A DNA stretch of 36,053 nt. Source: Planctomycetota bacterium. GTDB lineage: Bacteria > Planctomycetota > UBA11346. The notes beneath the pieces are model-generated. The model was given only the letters and a program-made list of their open reading frames with translations, did not search any database and was not told the DNA's origin. The stretch covers positions 1 to 36,053 of the forward strand of contig CANIXE010000002.1 in the NCBI GenBank assembly GCA_947470885.1, read 5' to 3'. Position numbers and translations under genes: made by a program. Shown one piece after another: positions 7,608-17,023 of the stretch (positions are counted from its first letter, which is position 1; every line of letters begins with the position of its first letter).

Positions 7608-8669
7608 TCAGCCGGCCTGGGTCTTTGCCAGGGTTTGTTCCCGGGCCGAGCGTACGGCGGCCCGGGCCGTCTGCAGCAGTCCGGTGAATTCCTGACGGAT
7701 CTCGTCCCGGGCAGCATCCCGGGCGGCGGCCAGATCGGCCTCCCGGACCTGTTGATGGGCAGCCCGGACAGCTTCGGCCGTGGCGGCTTCCTGGCGCAGT
7801 TTGCGCTCGGTTTCGGCCTCGGCCCGGGCGGTCTGGATCAGGATTTTGGCTTCAACCACTTCCCGGGAGATGCTTTGGCCGTCTTGGGACAGGACTTGTT
7901 GGGAGACCGTGGAACGGGCCGATGCCAGGCGGGCCCAGACGGAGAGCACGGATTCGGCGGCAGAGACCACCGTCCCGAGGTCGACGGTCTGGCGTTGGCG
8001 GAGGGAATCCTCCAGCAGGCCCAGGGGGATCGTCGCCTCGTCGTGATCCCGCAGCAGACGGTCGGCGCCAGCCAGGCTGACGATTTCAGCGATCAGACTC
8101 AAGGCCTCGGCTTGGTCACAGCGGCGTAATTCCCGCTCCTGGCCAATGGTTTCCTCGGCGGCGGCGAGGTGGGCCCGCAGCTGGTTCAGTTCGTCCCGGG
8201 CCCGGACCAGCTGGTCATGGGCGTCCTGACGGACTTGCCGGATCTCAGCGGCGGCGGCTTCTTGATCAGTCAGGGCCTGGCGGCGGAAATTGGTCAGTTC
8301 CTGGTCCTTGGCGGTCAATTCATCCAGGACCCCATTGGCGATCCGCTGGGTGCTGTGCTCTTCAAGGTGGTGGGTCAGGGCCGCCTCGGACTGGCGGCGG
8401 GACCGTTCGGCGACCACCAGTTCCTGGGCCAGGGCGTCGACGATCTGTTCGGCCACCTGGAGATCCTGGGCCGGATTCACCACGTCATCCGCAGTCTGAT
8501 GACGTCCGGCGAAATGCTCCTGGTCCAGGGTCAACAGGCGGCGCGTCACTTTGTTGGTGGCGTTGAGCTGCTGGACGAGGGACCGGCGGAGCTGCTCGCG
8601 TTCCGCCTCAAGCTGGGCGACCTGGCGCGCCAGCGCGGCAAGCTCGGGGGACACCGGCGATTCGGACAT
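7608..8669 (-). CDS. Coiled-coil protein of unknown function
   Basis: 353 aa rich in Q/E/R/A/L with heptad-like stretches (LAALARQVAQLEAEREQLRRSL...). Start set at ATG 8669 (MSESPVSPEL). The upstream 99 residues of the track ORF are Arg/Pro-rich junk that overlaps the divergent promoter region. Confidence 0.65.
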   Translation of the reverse strand: MSESPVSPELAALARQVAQLEAEREQLRRSLVQQLNATNKVTRRLLTLDQEHFAGRHQTADDVVNPAQDLQVAEQIVDALAQELVVAERSRRQSEAALTHHLEEHSTQRIANGVLDELTAKDQELTNFRRQALTDQEAAAAEIRQVRQDAHDQLVRARDELNQLRAHLAAAEETIGQERELRRCDQAEALSLIAEIVSLAGADRLLRDHDEATIPLGLLEDSLRQRQTVDLGTVVSAAESVLSVWARLASARSTVSQQVLSQDGQSISREVVEAKILIQTARAEAETERKLRQEAATAEAVRAAHQQVREADLAAARDAARDEIRQEFTGLLQTARAAVRSAREQTLAKTQAG

Positions 8670-8803
8670 GCGTGGACTCCAGGGCGGCACGGTAAGCGTC
8701 GGGTCCCAGCGTGCAAACCACCCCGGCGCGGGAAACGTGCTGCGGCGCTTGCCAGCGCCGGGCGCCCCGTTGCGCCCCGGGTGCGCCCGCCATCGTGCCG
8801 CCC

Positions 8804-9799
8804 ATGAAGGCATTCGCCCTGCTGCTTGTCCTGGTCGTCCTCGCTGCGGGCGGCTGGTTTCTCTACCGTCACCGTTTGCCCGCTGGGGGCGCCGACGAGG
8901 CCCAGGAGGTCTCGCCCTTGGCGACCCCGCCGGCCGCGCCCTTGGCTCCGCCGGCCCCGCCGGCACCCACCATCCCCCCCGAGGTTTTGGCGTTGCTGCA
9001 GCAGGCCGACGCGGCCTGGGCTGCAGCGGGTCCCACCCCGGCCACCAGTGCCGCCGCCCCGGAACTCAGCCGGCTGTACACCAAGGCCCTGCGTGCGCTC
9101 TATAACAAGCCGGGCTGTCGGGAGCGGGAGGACCAGCTCATCAATGAGCGACTGAAGCCCTTGGGCGATACCCTGTTTTTTTCCAAGCAGCCATTCCCTG
9201 CGGATAGCCAGTTTGCGGTCCATGCCGTCGCATCCGGGGAAAGTCCCGAGGCGATCGGTCGCAAGTACGGGATTAGCCGCGAGCTGATCAACCGCTTCCG
9301 GGCCCGGGACATCAATGACAGCCACATCAAGGTGGGGGAATCATTCAAGGTCCTGCGGATGACCGGACAGACCGATCCGGTAAAACGCGGGTCGCTGATC
9401 CACATCGATAAAGGTGATTTCACCCTGGATCTAAGCATGGGCGGGATGTTCGTCCGGCGCTATGTGTGCAGCCACGGCGCAGTCCAGTCTCCGACCCCCA
9501 TCGGCACCACCCATCTGACCAACCGGGTCTGGCATCCCGACTGGACCCACCCGGCGACCCACAAGGTGATCCGCTATGGCGAGCCGGAACATCTCCTCGG
9601 CCCCATCTGGCTGCCGTTCAATGGCAAAGAGCTGGGTCAGGACGGTATTGGCATCCACGGCTATACCGGCACCGATGCCAAAATGGGGGTCAAGGCCTCC
9701 AACGGCTGCATCCGCCTGGTGAACGAACAGGCTGAAGAATTGTACCAGACGATCTGCCATCCCGACCGCACTCCGGTGATCGTCGAAATCGTCGAGTGA
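8804..9799 (+). CDS. L,D-transpeptidase with LysM domain (YkuD family)
   Basis: Signal/TM sequence MKAFALLLVLVVLAAGGWFLY, a Pro/Ala-rich linker, a LysM-like segment (GESPEAIGRKYGISRELI), and a YkuD catalytic motif (IGIHGYTG...SNGCIRL). Confidence 0.9.
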   Translation: MKAFALLLVLVVLAAGGWFLYRHRLPAGGADEAQEVSPLATPPAAPLAPPAPPAPTIPPEVLALLQQADAAWAAAGPTPATSAAAPELSRLYTKALRALYNKPGCREREDQLINERLKPLGDTLFFSKQPFPADSQFAVHAVASGESPEAIGRKYGISRELINRFRARDINDSHIKVGESFKVLRMTGQTDPVKRGSLIHIDKGDFTLDLSMGGMFVRRYVCSHGAVQSPTPIGTTHLTNRVWHPDWTHPATHKVIRYGEPEHLLGPIWLPFNGKELGQDGIGIHGYTGTDAKMGVKASNGCIRLVNEQAEELYQTICHPDRTPVIVEIVE

Positions 9800-9824
9800 C
9801 CGGCGGGGCGGCGGCAAATCCAAG

Positions 9825-9866
9825 CCAACGAAGAAACCCTGGGATTTCCCAGGGTTTCTTCGTTGG
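9825..9866. terminator. Perfect 19-bp stem / 4-nt loop hairpin between convergent genes (candidate bidirectional terminator)
   Basis: CCAACGAAGAAACCCTGGG-ATTT-CCCAGGGTTTCTTCGTTGG, 26 nt after the L,D-transpeptidase stop. No strong U-tract on either side, so function is inferred only. Confidence 0.55.
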
Positions 9867-9887
9867 TGAACAGCGCCGAGGACTTAT

Positions 9888-10064
9888 CCTAAATGCCGCA
9901 TTGGATTTTTCACGCGGAGGCGCGGAGGCGCGGAGAACACCGTTCTTTCGCGCTTAACCAATGTCATCTACGGATCACCCTCCTGGTGAACGTCGATTTC
10001 TAGTCCAACCTCTTGCCTTCTCCGCATCTCCGCGTCTCCGCGTGAATTCATCGCCGGATTTAGG
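9888..10064. mobile_element. MITE-like non-autonomous element with ~45-bp imperfect terminal inverted repeats
   Basis: The left end CCTAAATGCCG...TTCACGCGGAGGCGCGGAGGCGCGGAGAA matches the reverse complement of the right end, CCTAAATCCGG...TTCACGCGGAGACGCGGAGATGCGGAGAA. It is flanked by the direct repeat CTTAT (9883-9887 and 10065-10069). The ~85-bp lower-GC core has no ORF. Confidence 0.6.
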
Positions 10065-10065
10065 C

Positions 10066-11232
10066 TTATTCCGGGGGCAGCTTTTTGACCAGTTCTGCGG
10101 CCTTGTCCTTTGCCGGGCAGGCCACCGGGCTGGCGGCGGCGGCGGTCAGGACCAGGCGGGAGGTGACGTTCAGTTCCTTCACGAAGGCCTTCTTGACCTC
10201 GTCCTTGGCGGTGTCCGGCGCAGCAGCCAGGCGGCCGGCTTCAGCATTGAGGATCACCCCAGCCTGGTAGCGGGCCTCACATTTTTGGGTTTCACTGCCA
10301 AAGGGCAGCACATCCAGTTTCAGTAGTTCGATCAACGCGGCCTGGGGATCGGATTCCACCAGGGAGAGTCCCTTCAGGGCAATGGCCTGGGCCTTGCGGA
10401 CCGGATACTCATCCAGGCTGGCCAGCATCGTTTCGGCGATCCGAGCGGCTTCCTTCGGCTTCTGGCCTTTGCGATAGGCGTCAGCCAACCAGAAGTTGAA
10501 ATGGAACCAGGCGTCTGGTTCCGACTGGGGCCGCAGATTTACCCTCCGGGCCTGTTCGATGACCTTGGTCAGGTCGCCTTTTCCATACAAAACGGCGGTG
10601 CGGATCGCCGCCGCCCGGGATTCTGCCGGCGGACCGATCTTGCCTTTGGCCTGATCGCTGAGCTTGGCAGCCACGGCTTCCGCTCCGGTGGCGTCCTTGG
10701 CCATGGCTAGGGCCATGCCTTCCCGGTAGGCAGCGTCCAGCCACAGGCGGTGATCCTTGTATTTGGCCACTACCACATTGAAGGACTTGGCGGCTTCCGC
10801 ATATTTGCCCGCCTGTTCCAGGGCATCCCCCTGGGCGATGGCGCCATAGACCTTTTCCCATTCCCGGGGTCCGGCGGCGACCTTGGCATAGCTGGCAGCA
10901 GCCGTTGTGAACTGCCCGGCGGTCAAGGCTTCGGTGGCGGACTTCCAATCGCCCACCTGCTTCATGCCCACATATTCCACGCCAATGACATTGCGTGCTG
11001 GCTTGCGAGAGGGATTCCCCTCGGGGGTGAGCTTGTAGACGATTTCCTCGCTGCCTTCGCTGATCACCTCGGCGGCCTCAATGGGCGGGGCATTGCGGAA
11101 GGTCACCCGGTCCCGGAGGGGGGCATCACCATCGGCGGCAGCCAAGGAGCCGCCGGCAAGGAGGAGAAGGACGAGGGAGTGGAGGCGCATCGGGCGATTC
11201 CGGGAGGACCAGGTGGGGGACAGGGGGCTCAC
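10066..11232 (-). CDS. Secreted TPR-like protein (third of three in the flhAFG-linked cluster)
   Basis: GTG at 11232 overlaps the upstream stop (GTGA) and is preceded by GGAGG. The alternative ATG at 11190 gives MRLHSLVLLLLAGGSLAAA. A small N-terminal beta module is followed by Ala-rich helical repeats (GKYAEAAKSFNVVVAKY...). Confidence 0.75.
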   Translation of the reverse strand: MSPLSPTWSSRNRPMRLHSLVLLLLAGGSLAAADGDAPLRDRVTFRNAPPIEAAEVISEGSEEIVYKLTPEGNPSRKPARNVIGVEYVGMKQVGDWKSATEALTAGQFTTAAASYAKVAAGPREWEKVYGAIAQGDALEQAGKYAEAAKSFNVVVAKYKDHRLWLDAAYREGMALAMAKDATGAEAVAAKLSDQAKGKIGPPAESRAAAIRTAVLYGKGDLTKVIEQARRVNLRPQSEPDAWFHFNFWLADAYRKGQKPKEAARIAETMLASLDEYPVRKAQAIALKGLSLVESDPQAALIELLKLDVLPFGSETQKCEARYQAGVILNAEAGRLAAAPDTAKDEVKKAFVKELNVTSRLVLTAAAASPVACPAKDKAAELVKKLPPE

Positions 11233-12308
11233 AGGGCCTCCGCGGATTTGCGGAGCTCAAGCTTGTCCTGGGCCGACAGGCTGGCGTCCTTCTGCAGTTT
11301 TTCGGACAGGCTCCTGGCCAGGTTCACGGCGGCCGAGTAGGTGGCTTGGGGCACGTTCTTCACCCCCGCCGCCATGGCAGCATGGTCAAAGGCCTCCAAT
11401 TGGCTGGCGGTGGCGCTCTGGTCGCTCAGCAGCTTGGCCCACAAGAGCTGGACCTGGGCCAAGTCTGAAGGTTCCGACATTTGGTAGGCAATGGTACTGG
11501 CGGTGGCCAGGGCGGCACCGCTTTGGCCGGCGGCGATCTGGGCGTTCAATAATTCAAGGGCGGTGTCGGCATAATCATTGCCATCCTTCGCCGCATCCAG
11601 TGTCGCCAGCAGGCTGGCGAGGAGTTTGGCCGCTTCCACGGGCTGCTTGGCCGCCGTATGGAGGGTGGCCTGACCCCGCAAACCCCGAACCCGGGCGGTA
11701 TTCCCGAAATCCTTGGCCCGGGCCACCAGATCAGCGTAGACCTTGGTCGCCCCGGGGATGTCGCCCTTGGCCTGGAGGACCTGGCCTTTGACCACCAGGG
11801 TTTCCACCAGCAGCAGGCTCCGGGGGGCGGTTTTTTCCAACTGGGCCACGGTGGCCAGGGCCTCATCAAGCTTGCCCGCCCGCATCAGGGACTCAGCGCC
11901 ATAGCGCAGGGCCCATTCGCTGCTGAGAACATTCAGGCGATTGGCGGTGACCGCCTTGGCCAAGGCCGCCGCGGATTTCTCCCAGTTGCCCGCATCCCGG
12001 GCATTGATGCCGGTAAGGAGGTCAATGTCCTTGGTCAGGTCGTATTCCACGGCATAGGTGCCGCGTTTGAACGACAGCTTGTTCGTGCCCTTGGGGTCAT
12101 CCACCAGGAACTCGATACCGTCCAGGCTTTCGTTGAGCACGAAGGCACTGGAAAAAGCATTCTTGGCATTGGCCTTGTCGTCCATCTTGGCCCCGACCTC
12201 GACCCGCCTGACCACGGCAGGCGCGGGTTCAGCGGTCCAGGCGGGAACGATGGCCGAGGCCATCAGGACCGTCGCATACAGGGCAGTCCGGCGAAGAGCG
12301 GGAATCAC
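11229..12308 (-). CDS. Secreted TPR-like protein (second of three)
   Basis: GTG start at 12308 with AGGAG 7 nt upstream, overlapping the upstream stop (GTGA). Signal peptide MIPALRRTALYATVLMASAIVPAWTA. Same N-terminal beta module plus helical repeat layout as 10066..11232. Confidence 0.75.
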   Translation of the reverse strand: MIPALRRTALYATVLMASAIVPAWTAEPAPAVVRRVEVGAKMDDKANAKNAFSSAFVLNESLDGIEFLVDDPKGTNKLSFKRGTYAVEYDLTKDIDLLTGINARDAGNWEKSAAALAKAVTANRLNVLSSEWALRYGAESLMRAGKLDEALATVAQLEKTAPRSLLLVETLVVKGQVLQAKGDIPGATKVYADLVARAKDFGNTARVRGLRGQATLHTAAKQPVEAAKLLASLLATLDAAKDGNDYADTALELLNAQIAAGQSGAALATASTIAYQMSEPSDLAQVQLLWAKLLSDQSATASQLEAFDHAAMAAGVKNVPQATYSAAVNLARSLSEKLQKDASLSAQDKLELRKSAEAL

Positions 12309-15300
12309 GGCTTGGCTCCTTCAGTGGGCGCCGGGGCAGGCGTGGATGGTGCGGTTTCGCCGGGGGCTCTGGTGGCCTTCTTGCCCACCTCCACCAACAC
12401 CTGCAGTTCCACATCGTCCACATTGGTCACGGTCTGAAGTTCACAGGGGGGCGACTTGATCTCGGTGAAGACCAGGAGTGGTTGGCCATTGGCCTGGGCC
12501 AACTCATCGATCCGGAAGTTGGGCTTTACGGTGATGCCGGCGGCTTCATGGACCGCCAGGTACCGCTTGGCCAGTTCTCCGGCCAGGGCATTGCGGGCCC
12601 GGCGATAGCGCGGGTCGTCGCCTTTTTGCAGGGCATCGCCCCGGATGGCCGGAGCGATCAGGAACTGGCTTGGATCGCTGAAGTTATCCGCTTTATATTT
12701 CAGATCGGAGTTGACGTACGCGGCATCGCCCTTGGCCAGGGCCAGTTCGTAGACCTGGATGGTGGCCTGCCACTCAAGGTCGAGATCGTTGCCAGCCTCG
12801 TTGCGGGTGTTCTTGGCAATGACCAGAGCCTTGTCGATGTCCGCCTTGGCCGCTTTGCCTTCACGGACGTTGTCGAGGACGATCTCGACGTAGGCGCTGG
12901 AGAAGGTCCCGTTGTTCGGGTTGTAGGCGTACAGGACGTCGTACAGGGCCCGGGCTTTGTCCTTCTGGCCCAATTCGCGGTAGCCCGCCGCCAAATTGGT
13001 GCGCACGGTGAGATCCAGGAGGACACCGGATATCTGATTTTCCAGAGCCTTCATTGCCTTGTCCGCCTTGGTCCAGGCTTCGTTGCCCAAGGTGCTGCGC
13101 AATCCTTCAGCCTTGGTCCGGAACTCCTTCATTTTTTTCACGGCCTCGGCGTAGTTGATGCGCTTCTCGCCCCAATCTTCTTCCGGAGTTCCCTGGCGGA
13201 TCAGGTCGGCGAGGCCGGGCTTGTCCTCCAGGAGATCCCGGAGATTCGCCCAGGTAGTCTTGAGTTCCGGCCGGCTACCCACAGCAGTTTCCACCGCATT
13301 GAGCACGTCTCCCGGATTTTTCGTGAAAGCGAGCACCTCGCCGGACCGCTCAGAGAGGGTCTGGTACATTTCGTATAGGCGTACGGCCCGAGCATGTTCC
13401 CCGATGTTCCAGAGCGTTTGGGCGATGCTATAGATGTTCTTTTTCGGGTCCTTGTCGGTCAGGGTTGGTTCGATCAGGTCGGCCATGGCCCGCTTCGCGG
13501 TATTGATGATCCCGGGCCAAGCGGGGGAGGCATTCTTGGCTTGCTGGAAGGTGTCGCCGGCGGAGGAGACCCACTGGAACAAGGCCCCCAGGTACTTCCC
13601 GGCCTTGGTGGTCCGGGCCTGTTCGTCGGGATCCTTGATGCTGGGCAGGACCCGGCGGTAGGTTTCGTAGGCGGTTTCAAAGCTAGGCCACAGGGCGACC
13701 AGGGCTGCCGCATCGTTTTTGGCCGTGTCGTTCTTGATCCGGGCAAATTCCTGGCGTTGGATCGCCTGGCACATGGCCCGGAGCATCCGCGCCCGCAGGG
13801 CTTCGTCGGCGGGGGGTGCTTTCCAGTAGTCGGCATTGAGCTTGGCCTGGACGTCGGCGTAGCGTTCGTCCGCCAGCAATAGGCTGATCCGGCTGGATTC
13901 CGCCGTGGATTGGGCCCGGCGCAGGTCTCGTTTCTTCTCGTCGGTCAGCCCGGGCTTGGCCAGTTCGGCATCGACCCGGATGGTGATCGCTTCGGCGGCT
14001 TTGACCATTTCCTCGGAGAGCCGTTTCATGCTATCCTTGTCACCCCGTTCCTTGAACTGGTCGTATTTCTTCATCCGGGCCCCCGAGGCCAGGCTGAAGA
14101 TTTTGATCCAGGAGTCGGGGTATTTCTTCTCGTAGGCATTCATCGACTCGAAGGCACCGTCCAAATCCCCGGTGTCCAAACGGACGAGGATCTGGTTCAG
14201 CTCCAGGTCTTCGCCGGCGCTTTCCGGGGCGACCTTGCGGACCAGTTCGATGGTGGTGTCGTAGAGCCCTTGGGCACCTTTGGTCCGCGTCTGGAGTCCG
14301 CTCACCAAATTGACGGTGTTCTTGGCCAGGCGCTGCACGCCCTTGCCGGCGGTGTTCCAACTCGTGCCGGTGCGCCAGGGATTGACCTTGGGATCCACCG
14401 CCAGGCGGGAAGCGATCTGGGACATGCCTTCATTGGCCACCAGGGCGGCGTGGAAGCGCAGGTCCATTTTGCTGAGGGTCACCGCGTAGGTATTGTAGAG
14501 ATCGGGGGCGATTTCGACGAACTGTTCCGGGGTGACGGATTCCAGGCCGAGAATCCCGGAACGGAGCATGGTGGCGGCGAGGATGGTCTGGCTTCTCCGT
14601 AATTTTTCGTTGGCCGTGTTGTCCGCCTCCTTCAGCAGGGAGCGGGCTATGCCCAGGGCCTGGGTGGGATCCTGGGGTTTCACCGGTTCGCCCCAGCCGC
14701 CGCCACTGAGGCCGCTGGTGGAACCGGCCAGCCAGGGCTGGGCACTTTCGGCGACGGGATTGCGTTTCGCGCTGGCTACTGCCCCGAACAAGGTGGTGGC
14801 GGCTCCGCTATCACCCTTGGCCTGGAGGACCCGGGCGGCCATGATGTAAATTTTACCCAGGGCGGAGGCCCGGTTGTAGCTGGGGCTATCCAGACGCAGA
14901 TCGCCGCTGCGGTTGCGCTCCTTGAAGGTTTCCCAGTACTTGGCTGCCGTCGCCAGATCGCCTGGGGTGCCGAGCTCATAGCGGTAGCGCAGCAGGGCGT
15001 TCCAGGTGTCGATCTGGATATCGATCACCGCTTCCCGGGAGGCCGAGGGGAAGTGCCGGGAGTCCAGGTCGACGATCTTTTGCATCTCGCCCTCGATTTC
15101 CTCGGGCTTGATGCCCTTGGTCTTCTGGCGGGCGCTTTCGAGGAGGAGCGTGTTGATCTCCAGCTTCAACAGGGGGTGGTAATCACCAAAGTTGTAGTCC
15201 CAGTCGGCGAGGATCTTGGCGTTGGCTTCCAGCCATTTCCCCAGGAATGCCGACGAAGCGTCGGAATCCAGGTTGAATTCTTTACCCCGGGTGAGGACTT

Positions 15301-15973
15301 CCCGGAGGATCAGGTGGGCTTTGTAAACCCGCTTCACCGCCTTGAGCCGGAGCTGGATGGCCTCTTGGAGCAGGGCCTGCCCCTTGGGATCGTCCTCGGG
15401 CATGTCGTTGATGGTCTTTTCTTTGGCGGCGAAGGCTTTGACCTTGACCAAGCCATCGGTCCAACCCCGGCTGGCCGCTTCGATCAAGGCGGTGACCTGG
15501 CGCTTGGCCAGCTCAATCCGCTCCGGTGCCGGGGGAACCAGGGGCTTGGGCCGGTCGGGATGGATGAGGGTCGATAGGTCGTTAACCAGGGACAGCACCG
15601 GATCGCCAGCCCCGTTCAGCAGCTCACTGATCAGTTCCGGCAGGGTGTCGGCCTTTTCGGCGGCATCCAGGTAGGTGCGGAGGGTCTGGGCTTTCTTGTC
15701 CAGAGTCGCAGCCTGGGCGGCATCGGCGATCTTGGTCCGGAATCGCTCGGCGTAGAACCAGTCCAAGGCCTTCTGGTAGGCTTCGACATCGGGGTAGCCG
15801 GCCTTGGTGAAGACCGTCATCTGCCGGAGTGCGGAGGGCCGCTGGTTCCGTTCGATGAGGCTCGACACGGCGGTGAAGTGCTGGTCGCGCTCCGCCGCGG
15901 TGGCGGCCAGGGCGCGATCGGCGCCCCCGGTGAGCAAGGCGACGAGGAGGAGGGTCGGCGGGATCCGATGCAT
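12305..15973 (-). CDS. Very large (1222 aa) secreted all-helical TPR-like repeat protein
   Basis: Start set at ATG 15973 (MHRIPPTLLLVALLTGGADRALA, a signal peptide). The alternative ATG at 15994 adds 7 aa. The frame stays open with high GC3 over 3.7 kb, and helical-repeat sequence runs throughout. No catalytic motif seen. Confidence 0.8.
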   Translation of the reverse strand: MHRIPPTLLLVALLTGGADRALAATAAERDQHFTAVSSLIERNQRPSALRQMTVFTKAGYPDVEAYQKALDWFYAERFRTKIADAAQAATLDKKAQTLRTYLDAAEKADTLPELISELLNGAGDPVLSLVNDLSTLIHPDRPKPLVPPAPERIELAKRQVTALIEAASRGWTDGLVKVKAFAAKEKTINDMPEDDPKGQALLQEAIQLRLKAVKRVYKAHLILREVLTRGKEFNLDSDASSAFLGKWLEANAKILADWDYNFGDYHPLLKLEINTLLLESARQKTKGIKPEEIEGEMQKIVDLDSRHFPSASREAVIDIQIDTWNALLRYRYELGTPGDLATAAKYWETFKERNRSGDLRLDSPSYNRASALGKIYIMAARVLQAKGDSGAATTLFGAVASAKRNPVAESAQPWLAGSTSGLSGGGWGEPVKPQDPTQALGIARSLLKEADNTANEKLRRSQTILAATMLRSGILGLESVTPEQFVEIAPDLYNTYAVTLSKMDLRFHAALVANEGMSQIASRLAVDPKVNPWRTGTSWNTAGKGVQRLAKNTVNLVSGLQTRTKGAQGLYDTTIELVRKVAPESAGEDLELNQILVRLDTGDLDGAFESMNAYEKKYPDSWIKIFSLASGARMKKYDQFKERGDKDSMKRLSEEMVKAAEAITIRVDAELAKPGLTDEKKRDLRRAQSTAESSRISLLLADERYADVQAKLNADYWKAPPADEALRARMLRAMCQAIQRQEFARIKNDTAKNDAAALVALWPSFETAYETYRRVLPSIKDPDEQARTTKAGKYLGALFQWVSSAGDTFQQAKNASPAWPGIINTAKRAMADLIEPTLTDKDPKKNIYSIAQTLWNIGEHARAVRLYEMYQTLSERSGEVLAFTKNPGDVLNAVETAVGSRPELKTTWANLRDLLEDKPGLADLIRQGTPEEDWGEKRINYAEAVKKMKEFRTKAEGLRSTLGNEAWTKADKAMKALENQISGVLLDLTVRTNLAAGYRELGQKDKARALYDVLYAYNPNNGTFSSAYVEIVLDNVREGKAAKADIDKALVIAKNTRNEAGNDLDLEWQATIQVYELALAKGDAAYVNSDLKYKADNFSDPSQFLIAPAIRGDALQKGDDPRYRRARNALAGELAKRYLAVHEAAGITVKPNFRIDELAQANGQPLLVFTEIKSPPCELQTVTNVDDVELQVLVEVGKKATRAPGETAPSTPAPAPTEGAKP

Positions 15974-16102
15974 GACGGCTACCGTTCCCCGCATGCTAGC
16001 AGGGTCAAGGCGGGCGGGGCCGGCTTTTTCGGGCGTGTCAGACGGCGTTGTGAAGGGTTTCCTCCCCATAGCGCCGTTAAGGAAGCCACTCAGCTGCGCT
16101 TT

Positions 16103-16173
16103 TTCCCACAGGATGGGTCTTCCCACAGGATGCGTCTGGAAACGGGAGTGGCGCGCGCCAATCGCGTTTCCAG
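16103..16173 (+). repeat. Composite intergenic element, copy 3 (truncated: short hairpin plus duplicated spacer remnant)
   Basis: TGCGTCTGGAAACGGGAGTGGCGCGCGCCAATCGCGTTTCCAG keeps both outer hairpin arms but lacks ~70 internal nt. It is preceded by a 17-bp tandem duplication, TTCCCACAGGATG(G/C)GTC (16103-16119 and 16120-16136). The hairpin ends 1 nt from the flhG stop. Confidence 0.65.
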
Positions 16174-16174
16174 C

Positions 16175-16966
16175 CTACCAGGGTTCGCCCCGCAGGCGGA
16201 CCGCCAAATTGCGGATCGCCGCGGCGGCCGGGCCCAGGGTCGCCCCTGCCGCCAAGGGCTTGCGTCGGCGTACTGAATCCGCCAGGGCCGGATCCCGGGG
16301 GATCCACCCCGCCAGGGGCAGTTCCCGCTTCAAGTGGGTGCGGGCGACGGTCTGCAGGCGGGTGGCCACCTGGCGGGCTTCGTGTTCGCCATCCGCGAGG
16401 TTGATCACCAGGCGCAGATCGCCACCGGGGTGCTGCTGCTCCATCACCTTGATCAGGGCGTAGGCGTCGGTCATCGAGGTGGGATCCGGGGTCACCACCA
16501 CCAGGGTGACCCGGACGGCCTTGAGGATGCCCAGGACCTCCCGCCCGATGCCGGCGGCGGTGTCGATCACCAGGGGGGTACCCGGGCGGGCCAGGCCCGC
16601 CAGCAGGCTGATCATCCGTTCCATCCGCTCTGGGGACAGTCGGGTCAGTTCGTCGACACCGCTGGCGGCGGGGACCAGACTGACGCCGAAGGGGCTGTGG
16701 AGGAGGACTTCGCTGATGGAACAAGTTCCGGCGAGGACATCCGCCAAGGTCCGTTCCGGGGCCAATCCAAGAAGCATGTCGGCATTCGCCATCCCCAGGT
16801 CGCCATCCACCAGGACCGTGGGCTGGCCGAGTTTGGCCAGGGCCACCGCCAGGTTGACCGCCAGGCAGGTTTTGCCGACCCCACCCTTGCCCCCGGTGAC
16901 GGCGATGGCGGAAAGACGGGCAGGCCCGCCCACGGCGGTGCGCAATTTGGCGGCCTGGTCAGTCAT
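16175..16966 (-). CDS. flhG: Flagellar number regulator FlhG (MinD/ParA-type ATPase)
   Basis: N-terminal DQAAKLR activator motif, deviant Walker A (VTGGKGGVGKT), MinD-like fold, and position directly after flhF. Confidence 0.9.
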   Translation of the reverse strand: MTDQAAKLRTAVGGPARLSAIAVTGGKGGVGKTCLAVNLAVALAKLGQPTVLVDGDLGMANADMLLGLAPERTLADVLAGTCSISEVLLHSPFGVSLVPAASGVDELTRLSPERMERMISLLAGLARPGTPLVIDTAAGIGREVLGILKAVRVTLVVVTPDPTSMTDAYALIKVMEQQHPGGDLRLVINLADGEHEARQVATRLQTVARTHLKRELPLAGWIPRDPALADSVRRRKPLAAGATLGPAAAAIRNLAVRLRGEPW

Positions 16967-17023
16967 GGGGCAATCGGCGCGGCATGCCCGTCAGCGTGGC
17001 ACCGATGGGGTGGAATCCAGTCC

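Noticed and set aside
9905-9935. GCGGAG-GCGCGGAG-GCGCGGAG 8-mer array as a possible CRISPR or minisatellite.
   Set aside because: It has only about 3 contiguous 8-bp units and no spacers. A mirrored copy lies at 10021-10045, so it is part of the terminal inverted repeats of the MITE-like element.
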